Assembly (NCBI GenBank): GCA_963758635.1
Contig: CAVWWD010000008.1
Location: 832,001 to 896,000, forward strand
Origin: an uncultured Candidatus Rokubacteria bacterium
GTDB lineage: Bacteria > Methylomirabilota > Methylomirabilia > Rokubacteriales > CSP1-6
Length of the DNA stretch: 64,000 bases
Direction of reading: 5' to 3'
Shown here: positions 48,373 through 57,689 of the stretch, piece after piece
Position numbering within the stretch: the stretch's first letter is position 1
Layout: every line of letters starts with the position of its first letter
Notes under the pieces: generated by a model
Told to the model about the DNA's origin: nothing
Database searches by the model: none
The model's input: the letters and a program-made list of their open reading frames with translations, nothing else
Made by a program: the position numbers and the translations under genes

Positions 48373-51317
48373 CTACACGGCAGACGAGATCGTCAGGGCT
48401 CGATGCCGCTGACTTCTGCGGCGCATCTCCAGGAGCGCCATCTTCACTCGCCGTGACCCTGGCTGGATCGACGCGCCCGTACACGTCACCCTTTTGCCGT
48501 TCGTCCACGGCACGCTCGAACCAGGCATCGGGCCTCGTCGTATCGACCGGTCTGCGCCAGGCAGTCGCCGACCTCGTGGAGGCTCGTCCCGAGGCTTGCA
48601 GGATCGACGCGGCCGTGGACATCGCCCTGTTGCTTCTCGACCACGGCGCTCTCGAACCAGGGGCGGGCCTCACCGTACCGACCCATGCGGGCCAGGCAGT
48701 GGCCGACCTGATGGAGACTCCTCCCGAGGCTGGCCGGATCGATGCGCCCGTGGACATCGCCCTTCTGCTTCTCGGTGCACGGCACGCTCGAACCACGGGC
48801 GGGCCTCGTCGTACTTGCCCGTTTCGGCCAAGGCAGGAGCCGACCTGGTGGAGGCTGATGCCCGAGGCTCACAGGATCGACGCGGCCGTAGACATCGCCC
48901 CTTTCGGCTTCGGTCGACGGCGCGCTCGAACCATGGGCGGGCCTCGTCGTGCCGCCCCGTCTCGGCCAGGCAATAGCCGACCTGATGGAGGCTCCTGCCG
49001 ACGCTCTCTGGATCGACGCGGTGATGGGCATCGCCCTTCCGGCTGCGGTCACGGCGAGCTCGAACCAGGTGCGAGCCTCGCCGTACCTGCCGGTCTCGGC
49101 CAGGCACGAGCCCAGCTGGTGGAGGCTCGTGCCCGAGGCTCTCTGAATCGATGCGGCCGCTCGACGTTGCCCTTCTCGCTTTTCAGCCACGGCACACTCG
49201 AACCACGGAGAGAGCCGCGTCGTACTTGCCAGTCTGCGTGCAGGCAGTCGCCGACCTGATGGAGGCTCGTTCCGAGGCTTTCGGGGTCGATCGCGGCCGT
49301 GGACATCGCCCTTCTGCTTTTCCGCCACGGCGCGCTCGAACCAGGGGCGCGCCTCGTCGTACTTGCCGACGTCTCGGCCAGGCAGTCGCCGACCTGGTGG
49401 AGGCTCTTGCCCACGCTTCCGGGATCGACGCGCCCGTGGACATCGCCCTTCTGCTTTTCGGCGACGGCGCGCTCGAACCAGGGGCGGGCCTCGTCGTACT
49501 TGCCGGTCTCGGCCAGGCAGTTGCCGACCAGGTCGAGGCTCGTGCCCAACGCCTTCCGGATCGACGCGGCCGTCGACGTCGCCCGTTCTGCTTCTCGGCC
49601 ACCGCACGCTCGGCCCAGAGCCTCGCGGCCTCGAAACGCCCGAGGGCGCTGAGGGCAGAGGCAACCCGGTGAGCTTCGGCGCCAACGCCGGCACCCGTTC
49701 GCCCGTCCTCGATCCAGAGACTCAAGCGAGGTATCGAACGCGAGCAGCTGAAGAGCGTTGCCGGCGTTTCCGGGCTCCTGCGCCACCTGGTCCGCCGTGC
49801 TCAGCAGATGCGCCCACAGAGGTCGCCTGCAGCTGCGCGACGCAGGGGTCCGGAGTCCCGGCCCTTCTCCGCCACGAATCGAGCAAGCAGCCGGTGCATC
49901 TGCAGGGTGTCGTCGCCCGTCACCAGGAAGAGGTCCCGGCACGCATCGACCGCCGCTTGTACCCGCTGGTTCGACCATCCCGGTTGCCGGGTCAGGGTGT
50001 CCCGGAGCAGTCCCAGGTCGATCCGATCCGGATGGAGGAAGGTCGCGGCCATCAGGAAGGTCCGGCCCTCCTCTCGCGAGCCGGTGCCATGGGCCTTCGA
50101 AGCTCGAGCGCGTCTCTTCCGCCGGCGCGGACTCCGGGAGCGGCGTCCTTCCGGAGCGCACCGCCGCGAGCACGCTCCGCGTGGCGAGGAGGAGCTGGAC
50201 CGGCAGTCCCTTGCTCGCGCGCACCAGACCGGCCACATGCTCGCTCAGGTCGAAGCCGTTCGACACAGCTTCGATGAGCTGACGAGACTCGCGATCGTCG
50301 AGCGCCGAGCACGGCGCAAGGCGTGCCAGCGCTCGTCCCACGTGGATGCGTGAGAGCTCACGACGACGTGGCATGCCATTCCTGCGGGCGGCAGCCAGGC
50401 GGCCGCCCATTCCGGGCTCAGGACGTTGTCGTAGATGAGGAGAGTGGGAGCGGAACCGAGCGAGACGAGAGCGCGGCTATGCACTGGTCTTCCATGCGCG
50501 GATGCTCGGCCTGCTGGAGGCCGAGAATACGGCACACGGTGACGAGATCGACCGGCGGCCCCCCGGTGGAGGCGTCGACGGTGAACGTCCCGCCTGGGTA
50601 GCGGCCTTGCCGGTTTCTCGCGAACTCGCGAGCCAGCTCGGATTTTCCCACTCCCGGCGGCCCGTACAAGGCCAGGAACTGGGGCGGAGCCCCGCCATCG
50701 AGCCGCCGCGCCATCTCCTCGAGGAGATTGACCCGTCCGACGAACGGCTTGTTTCCTCGGGCTTGGACGTTGCTCCGAAAGAGGGCGGGACGAGGAGGAC
50801 CCTTCAGGGCCACCGTCCGATCGATCCGCTCGGCTGAAGCCGCGCCGCTCGAGGAGCGTGACGATCCTCTCGAAGTCGCTCCTCCCAGCCCAAAGTGGTC
50901 AGTGGAATCGACTGCAGATTCGCCAGGCTCTGGATGGACGGAACGGTGCGAAAAGCGCGCGCCGTCAACGGCGCCGCGCCGTTGACGAGGACGGGCACGA
51001 TCCGCTTCTGAGCTCCGAAGCGCGAGCTCGATCTCCGTGCGGACCCAATCGTCGGGTTCGTCGAGGCGGCGAACGCCATCCGCGGACTGCACGGTCAGCC
51101 ACCGCGGCCCGACCAGCACGAGGACGACATCGGCGCGCTCGACCTCGAGCTTGAGGGCCTCCGGGAAGGAGGCTCCGGCTCGATCTCCTTGTGATCGAGG
51201 AACACCGCGCCCCGTCCGAGGACACGCTCGAGCTCGCTGTGGAGCGCGCGCGCGACGTTCCTCGGTGTCCTCCCGGCGATAGCTGATGAAGACGCGGGGC
51301 GAACGTGGTGCGGACAC
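48373..51317 (-). CDS. TIR + NB-ARC/STAND NTPase + TPR-repeat protein (bacterial NLR-like); many frameshifts, 3' end uncertain
   Basis: TIR: RVFISYRREDT, VFLD, DDWVRTEIELAL, IVPVLV. STAND: FVGR, YGPPGVGKSELA, LLIYDNV, HVVVSS, KGLP. Then about 9 45-aa repeats. Confidence 0.85.
48470..49670 (-). repeat. Coding tandem repeat, about 9 x 135 bp (45-aa TPR-like unit)
   Basis: CTCGAACCA anchor recurs at about 48515, 48651, 48788, 48926, 49059, 49197, 49335 and 49472; unit KQKGDVHGRVDPESLGTSLHQVGDCLAETGKYDEARPWFERAVAE. Confidence 0.9.
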
Positions 51318-51326
51318 CGCGACCAG

Positions 51327-52586
51327 CTACGAGGCGTAGGCGCGGTCGAGGGCGTGGGCGAGGTCGGCGATGAGGTCGTCGGCGTCCTCGATGCCCACCG
51401 AGTAGCGGATCAGGGTGTCCTTGATGCCGATGGCGAGGCGCTCCTCGGTCGTGAGCTCGTAGAAGCTCATGATCGCGGGCTGCTCGATCAAGGTCTCGAC
51501 GCCGCCCAGGGACACCGCGATGTGCGGGATGCGGCACGCGTCGACCACGCGGGAGCCGGCGTCGAGGTCGCCCTCCACCTCGAAGGCCACCACGCCGCCG
51601 AACCCCCGCATCTGGCGGCGGGCGAGCTCGTGCTCGGGGTGGGTGGGCAGGCCGGGGTAGTGGACGGCGGTCACGCGGGGGTGCTTGGCGAGGAACTCCG
51701 ACACCGCCTGCGCGTTGGCGTTCTGCCGCTCCACCCGGAGGGCGAGCGTCTTGAGCCCGCGCACGAGCAGGAAGGCCACGAACGGATCGACCACGGCGCC
51801 GGTGACGCCCTGGAGCCCGCGGATGGCGTCGATGATGTCGCGCGAGCCGAGCGCGGCCCCGGCCAGCAGGTCGTTGTGGCCGCCCAGATACTTCGTCGCG
51901 GAGTGGATGACCACGTCCACGCCCCACTCGAGCGGGCGCTGGTTGTAGGGGGTGGCGAAGGTGGCGTCGATGAGGGTCTTCACGCGGTGCCGCCGCCCGA
52001 TGCTCGCGAAGCGCTCGAGGTCGAGGATGCGGTTGTGCGGGTTGGTCGGCGACTCGCTCACGAGCACGCGCGTGGTCGGCCGGATGGCGTCCTCGAGCGC
52101 GTCGTAGTCGCCGGCGGGGACGGTCGACACCTCGATGCCGAAACGGCCGAGCGTCTGGTTCAGGAACTGGCGCGTGCGGCGGTAGCTCTCGTCGGTCACC
52201 ACGACATGGGTGCCGCGCGAGAGCATGGCGAAGAGCGTGGTCGTGACCGCGGCCATCCCGCTCGCGAAGAGCAGGCAGTCCTGCGCGCCCTCGAGCGCGG
52301 CGAGCTTGGCCTCGCAGATCTTCTGGGTGGGGTTGCCGTAGCGCCCGTACTCGACCCGCTCGATCTTCCCGTCGAAGTGGTCCTTCAGCTCCTGGGTGTC
52401 GGCGAAGGTGTACGTGGCGGTCTGGATGATCGGCGTGGCCAGGGCGTGCCCGGGCTTGGGACGCGGCTCGCCCCCGTGCACGGAGAGCGTGCTGAACCCG
52501 GGGACGCCGGGGGGCGGCGTGTCGGGCGGGCGCGGAGCGGGGGCCTTCGGCTCGCGCGGTCCGGCGGGCCGCCGTCGCGGGCTCAC
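51327..52586 (-). CDS. metB: Cystathionine gamma-synthase-like PLP enzyme (Cys/Met metabolism family)
   Basis: [58 protein letters not shown] start overlapping the thrC stop. Confidence 0.82.
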   Translation of the reverse strand: MSPRRRPAGPREPKAPAPRPPDTPPPGVPGFSTLSVHGGEPRPKPGHALATPIIQTATYTFADTQELKDHFDGKIERVEYGRYGNPTQKICEAKLAALEGAQDCLLFASGMAAVTTTLFAMLSRGTHVVVTDESYRRTRQFLNQTLGRFGIEVSTVPAGDYDALEDAIRPTTRVLVSESPTNPHNRILDLERFASIGRRHRVKTLIDATFATPYNQRPLEWGVDVVIHSATKYLGGHNDLLAGAALGSRDIIDAIRGLQGVTGAVVDPFVAFLLVRGLKTLALRVERQNANAQAVSEFLAKHPRVTAVHYPGLPTHPEHELARRQMRGFGGVVAFEVEGDLDAGSRVVDACRIPHIAVSLGGVETLIEQPAIMSFYELTTEERLAIGIKDTLIRYSVGIEDADDLIADLAHALDRAYAS

Positions 52587-53929
52587 ACGAGCAGACGGGC
52601 GCGCTCGACGTGGCGCGCGATGGCCCGGCTCACCTGGGCGGCATCCGCCGGCAGCTCCACGGGCACGTTCTTGTGCGCGGGCTTGATCCCGGGGAGCGAG
52701 CCCATGTGATAGGAGGCCTTCTGGTCGGCGAACTTGAGCCCGTTCGCCGTCGAGATCACCACCACGCGCTCGCCCGAGCGGATCAGCTTGCGGTCCACGA
52801 GCTTGCGCAGCGCGGCCAGCGCCACCCCGGTGTGCGGGCAGTTGAACATCCCGGTGCGGTCCGCGCGCGCCGCCTCGTCGGCCAGCTCCTGCTCGGAGGC
52901 CTGCTCCACCACGCCGTCGAAGCGCTGGAGCGCGCGGATCGCGCGCTTGACGCTCACCGGGTTGCCGATCTGGATCGACATGGCGAGGGTGGGCTCGGCC
53001 ACGATGGGCTCGAAGTGGCGGAAGCCGTCCACGTACGAGCGGTAGAGCGGGTTCGCGCGCTCGGCCTGGGCCAGGCAGATCCGCGGCAGGCGCTGGATCA
53101 GCCCGAGCTCCTTCATCATGAGGAACCCCTGACCGAGGGCGTGGACGTTGCCGAGGTTGCCGCCGGGGATCACCACCCAGTCCGGCACCTCCCAGTCGAA
53201 CTGCTGGACGATCTCGATGGCCACCGTCTTCTGGCCCTCGATGCGCAGGCTGTTCATCGAGTTGGCCAGGTAGAGGCGCGGGTCCTGTTTCGTGATCTCC
53301 TGGACCACGGCCATGCAGCCGTCGAAGTCGGTGTCGAGGGAGACGACGAGGGCGCCGTTGGCGAGCGGCTGGACGAGCTGGGCGATCGACACCTTGTTGC
53401 GCGGCAGCAGCACCACCGCGGGGATGCCCGCGGCCGCGCAGTACGCCCCGAGCGCGGCCGAGGTGTCGCCGCTCGACGCGCACGCCACCGCGTCGATGCC
53501 CACGCCGTCGGCCATCATCTGCTTCACCACGGAGACGAGGACAGTCATGCCGAGGTCCTTGAACGACCCCGTGTGCGAGTTCCCGCACTGCTTGACCCAC
53601 AGGTCTTCCACGTGGAGCTGCTTGCCGTAGCGGTCGGCCCAGAGGAGGTTCGAGCTGCCCTCGTAGGTCGACACGATGTTCTCGTTGTCGATGAAGGGGA
53701 CGACCCATTCCTTCTTGCCCCACACCCCGGAGCCGTAGGGATAGGTGTTGCGCCGGTAACGCTCGTCGAAGAGCTGCATCCATGCCGCGGCCGAGCGGCT
53801 GCGCAACGCCTCCACGTCGTGTTGGACCTCGAGGAGGTCCCCGCACGTGGGGCAGCGGTAGATGACCTCGAGGAGGCGGTACTCGCCCGGGCAGCCGTTG
53901 ATGCATGAAAACCACGCGTTGTAGCTCAT
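52583..53929 (-). CDS. thrC: Threonine synthase
   Basis: [69 protein letters not shown]. Confidence 0.93.
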   Translation of the reverse strand: MSYNAWFSCINGCPGEYRLLEVIYRCPTCGDLLEVQHDVEALRSRSAAAWMQLFDERYRRNTYPYGSGVWGKKEWVVPFIDNENIVSTYEGSSNLLWADRYGKQLHVEDLWVKQCGNSHTGSFKDLGMTVLVSVVKQMMADGVGIDAVACASSGDTSAALGAYCAAAGIPAVVLLPRNKVSIAQLVQPLANGALVVSLDTDFDGCMAVVQEITKQDPRLYLANSMNSLRIEGQKTVAIEIVQQFDWEVPDWVVIPGGNLGNVHALGQGFLMMKELGLIQRLPRICLAQAERANPLYRSYVDGFRHFEPIVAEPTLAMSIQIGNPVSVKRAIRALQRFDGVVEQASEQELADEAARADRTGMFNCPHTGVALAALRKLVDRKLIRSGERVVVISTANGLKFADQKASYHMGSLPGIKPAHKNVPVELPADAAQVSRAIARHVERARLLV

Positions 53930-53972
53930 GGTCGCCTCAGTATAGCCCGGACCGCCACGGCGGCCGCCCGCC

Positions 53973-54578
53973 TCAGACGCCGGTGCCGAACCCTCCGGCG
54001 CCGCGCACGGTGACGGCCTCGCCCAGGTGTCCGATCGAGTGGAACAGCGCGATCCCACTCAGCACCGCGGCGCGCGGCCGCCCGGTGAACGTCTGCACCA
54101 TGCGATCGGTGCGCGAGCCGAAGCCGCCGTCGGTCCCTGCCTGCTGGAGCCGCTCGGCGGTGGTCACGCCCTCCCAGTCCTGGGCCTTGAAGGCGCTCAC
54201 GTTCTCGCGGGTCCGCAGGCCGACGGCGTCCCGGTACTCGCGAAGCGCGCCGATGTCGATCCGGCCGGTGAGGTCGGACACCTCGGCGCTCGTCATGCCG
54301 ATCCCGAAGTCCTTCCGGTCGATGGCGAGGCGCTTCATCCACGCGTCGTCGAACACCTGGGGGCGCCCGACGAGCACCCGGTTGACCAGGATGTCCTCGG
54401 CACGCGCGATGTGCCACACGAGCCAGGCGATCGAGTTCAGGTCCTCGCGCGGGCGCACGCGCATCTGCTCGTCGGTGAGGCCGCCCAGCGTCCGCTCGGC
54501 GGCGGACATCTTGTTGCCGCCGACGGCGGCCGTGTGGGCGACGGCGTGCTGATCCAGGAACAGGTCTCGAGCGTCCAT
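53973..54578 (-). CDS. DinB/YfiT-like protein
   Basis: [30 protein letters not shown]. Confidence 0.8.
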   Translation of the reverse strand: MDARDLFLDQHAVAHTAAVGGNKMSAAERTLGGLTDEQMRVRPREDLNSIAWLVWHIARAEDILVNRVLVGRPQVFDDAWMKRLAIDRKDFGIGMTSAEVSDLTGRIDIGALREYRDAVGLRTRENVSAFKAQDWEGVTTAERLQQAGTDGGFGSRTDRMVQTFTGRPRAAVLSGIALFHSIGHLGEAVTVRGAGGFGTGV

Positions 54579-54665
54579 GCTTTCTCCTTCGGCTAGGGGT
54601 TCGAAGATGCGGATTCGGTTTCAGCGGCGGCACCGTGGGACACGCGGCTCGTGCCATCCACGCGC

Positions 54666-55067
54666 TCAGAGCCGATCTCGGCGCTCCACCAGCTTCCAGT
54701 AGGTGTCCTTGTTGAGGATCTTGTCGCCGCGGAACTCGTAGATGTCGCAGCCCTGGTAGTTCAGGTCCTCGCCGTCGGCGCTCCGGCCCGTCACCGTCCA
54801 CACCGACACCGCGCGGTCGCCCGCGACCCAGTGGTCGATGTGATCCCACCGCATGCCGCTGATGACGGCGAAGCGATCGGCGAGCACCTTGCGGATGGCC
54901 GCCGTGCCCTGCACGCGGCGCCCGCACGGCTCCGGCCCCCGGGCCATCAGGAACGTGGCGTCGTCCGCGAAGAAGCTCATGATGCGGTCGACGTCGCGGG
55001 CGTTGAACGCGGCGTTGATCGCGAGCAGCAGCTCGATGCTGGGGCCGGTGGCGACGGATGGGCTCAC
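54666..55067 (-). CDS. NTF2/SnoaL-like protein
   Basis: AFNARDVDRIMSFFADD, GDRAVSVW, GCDIYEFRGDKILNKDTYWK; GGAG Shine-Dalgarno and TTGACG-N17-CATAGT upstream. Confidence 0.85.
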   Translation of the reverse strand: MSPSVATGPSIELLLAINAAFNARDVDRIMSFFADDATFLMARGPEPCGRRVQGTAAIRKVLADRFAVISGMRWDHIDHWVAGDRAVSVWTVTGRSADGEDLNYQGCDIYEFRGDKILNKDTYWKLVERRDRL

Positions 55068-55120
55068 GCGCGGTCTCCTTTCGACTCTCGCCCGCACTAT
55101 GCCGGCGGGGTCGGGAGGCG

Positions 55121-56306
55121 TCAAGCGGCGGCGAACAACGGGATGCGCGTGTTGACGGAGGCGCGGTAGGTCACGCCGTCGACCAGCCTCGCAGGCTCCA
55201 CACCCGCCGCGAGCAGACTCGCCACGCCGGCCTCCGCGATGGCCACGGCCAGCGCCTCGCCGGGGCACGCGTGAGGCCCGACGCCGAAGGTGAAGGCCTG
55301 GCGGTCCGGGCGCGACACGTCGAAGCGGTCGGGGCGGGGATTGGCCGACGGATCGCGGTTCGCCGCGGCGAGGATCACGCAGGATCGTCTCGCCCTCGAT
55401 CATGGGCTCGCCCGCGACGACCCCGTTGGCCCCGACGAAGCGGCGCGTGTTCTGCACGGGCGCGTCGAAGCGGGCCACCTCGCGAATCAGCGCCTCGAGG
55501 ACGCCGGGTCGCGCGGCGAGCTCGGCGCGCGCCTCGACGTGGCGGCCCAGGGCCACCAGCGTGTTGCCGATCAACCCGGCGGTGGCCTCGTAGGCCTGCG
55601 ACATGTAGCCGATGGTGTTGTCGGTGACGAGGTCCACGTGGAACTCGTCGTCGGGCCCCATCCCGCCGGCGAGGCTCGCGGCCAGACCGGTCGCGAGCCC
55701 GGCCGTTCCCGAGCCCGCGAGCAGGCCGCGGACCCGCTCGCGCAGGCGTCGCGCCGCGTCGGCGCCGCGCCGGAGCTCGGCGGGCGGGGCGCCGGGCGCC
55801 AGGCCGCGGACGAGATCGCCGAGGTCGTCGGCGCTGGCGTCGAGCGTCGCGGGAGCGAGGCCGACGAGGCTCGCCATCACCAGCGCGGGGAGCCGGAACG
55901 CGAAGTCGGCGAGGCGCTCCGGATGGGCGGCCGGGCTCATCCGCGCGACGAGCCCGTCCGCCGCGCGGCGCGCCTCCGCGGCTGCGGATCCCGGGTCCAG
56001 GGAGCTCACCGCCATCGACACCGCGCGCTTGAGTGGGTAGTGCCCCGGTCCGTCCGTCATGCGGACCAGGTGACGGAACAGCTCGCCGGCCGGGGAGCCG
56101 ACGAGCGCTCGCGGGACGGGCTCGGCCGCCGGCCGCACCCGGCACGTCTCGCCGGTGAGCACGGCGCGCACGGCGCCGGCGCCGGTGACGATCCAGAGCC
56201 CCAGCTCCTCGTCCCGCCGGATCGGCGCGACCTCGCGGAGCCTCGCGTAGTACGGGTACGGATCGGGATGCGTCACCGCCGCGATCGGGTCCCTGGGCTC
56301 GTTCAT
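55121..56306 (-). CDS. Cytochrome P450; 1 frameshift near 55382
   Basis: PDPYPYYARL, EVARFDAPVQNTRR, AANRDP, FTFGVGPHACPG. Confidence 0.9.
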
Positions 56307-56402
56307 CGCGTGCCTCCGCGGTCGCCGTCTGTCCGCCGCCCACATTGTGCCGGACCGGGCGGCGTCTTGTCGCGTCGGGGAGGGCGTGGCAGGATCGGCT
56401 CC

Positions 56403-57677
56403 GTGCATCACCTCTGCTTCCTCGAGCCCGGTCACTTCCACGCGACGCTCACGCTGCGCGAGCGGCACGCGGGCGTGAGCGACGAGGTGTTCGTGTACGC
56501 CGAGGACGGTCCGGAGCTCCGGGCGTTCCTCGCGCTGGTCGAGACCTTCAACACGCGCGCGGAGCGTCCGACGGCCTGGCGGACGACGGTGCGCGCGGGC
56601 GCGGACGCCCTCGGCCGTCTGCTCCGGGATCGGCCCGGCGACCTCGCCGTGCTCGCGGGCCGGAACGACCTCAAGGCGGGCTGGATGCGCCGCCTCCACG
56701 ACGCCGGCTTCGCCGTGCTCGCCGACAAGCCGTGGCTGACCGGCCCCGAGGGGCTGGAGGACGTGCGTCACGTGCTGGGCGGCGGGCCCGTCGCCATGGA
56801 GATGATGACCGGACGTCACGAGATCGCCACGGCGATCGAGGCGCGCCTCGTGGCCGCGCCCGGCATCTTCGGCGGCTGGGCCGACGACGCGGGGCCGGCG
56901 ATCCGGCTCGAGAGCGTCCACCACCTGGATAAGCGCGTGAACGGCGCGCCGCTCCGGCGGCCCGCGTGGTACTTCGACGTGCGCGCGCAGGGTGACGCGA
57001 TCGCCGACATCCCGACGCACCTCGTGGACCACGTCCAGCGCCTGGCGCCGGGCGAGGCGCTGGCCCTCGTGTCGGCGCGCCGCTGGCCGACCGTCGTCCC
57101 GCGCGAGGTGTTCGCGCGCATCACCGGCGTGTCCGAGTTCCCGTCCTCCCTGAGCGGCAGCGTGGAGGGTGGAGCGCTGGCCTACCTGGGGTGCGGCGAG
57201 CTCGAGTTCCGGGCCGGGCGCGTGCCGGTGCGATGCCGCGTGCGCTGGGACCTCACCGAGCCGCCAGGCGGAGGCGACAGCTCGCTCGTCCTGCTGCGTG
57301 GCCGCCGGGCGGACGTGCGCGTGGAGCAGAGCGCGCGCACGGGGTGGGCCCGCCGGCTGTCGGTGGAGCCGCGCGGCGGCGAGGGCCCGGCCGTCGAGGC
57401 CGCGCTCGGCGACGCGGTGGCGAGCTGGCAAGGCGAGTGGCCGGGGCTCGCGGTGGCGCGCCGCGACGGCACGCTCGACATCGCGATCCCCGCCGCGCTC
57501 CGCACGCCGCACGAGAGCCAGTTCGCGCGGGTGATGGACGACTTCGTCGGGCTGGTGGACGCGGCCGAGCCGCCGTCGCGTCGCGCCGCGGAGACCCTCG
57601 CCAAGTACGAGCTGCTCGCCCGCGCGATGTCGGCCTGTCGCACCGAGCGCGGGGCGCCCGCCCTCGCCGCCGACTGA
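56403..57677 (+). CDS. Putative Gfo/Idh/MocA-like oxidoreductase
   Basis: GTG start; LEPGHFHA, VLAGRN, VLADKPW, MMTGRHE, ESVHH, RRPAWYFD, DIPTHLVD, HESQF. Confidence 0.75.
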   Translation: MHHLCFLEPGHFHATLTLRERHAGVSDEVFVYAEDGPELRAFLALVETFNTRAERPTAWRTTVRAGADALGRLLRDRPGDLAVLAGRNDLKAGWMRRLHDAGFAVLADKPWLTGPEGLEDVRHVLGGGPVAMEMMTGRHEIATAIEARLVAAPGIFGGWADDAGPAIRLESVHHLDKRVNGAPLRRPAWYFDVRAQGDAIADIPTHLVDHVQRLAPGEALALVSARRWPTVVPREVFARITGVSEFPSSLSGSVEGGALAYLGCGELEFRAGRVPVRCRVRWDLTEPPGGGDSSLVLLRGRRADVRVEQSARTGWARRLSVEPRGGEGPAVEAALGDAVASWQGEWPGLAVARRDGTLDIAIPAALRTPHESQFARVMDDFVGLVDAAEPPSRRAAETLAKYELLARAMSACRTERGAPALAAD

Positions 57678-57689
57678 GGCGGCCAGCGG

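Noticed and set aside
48470..49670. 135-bp periodicity as CRISPR or a diversity-generating retroelement
   Set aside because: Whole units are conserved protein-coding repeats; there are no unique spacers, no reverse transcriptase and no adenine-specific TR/VR pattern.
54666..57512. 948-aa ORF suggesting a P450-NTF2 fusion
   Set aside because: The P450 heme motif is in another frame ending at 55121, the NTF2 gene has its own promoter and Shine-Dalgarno, and the 5' part is antisense to the oxidoreductase.
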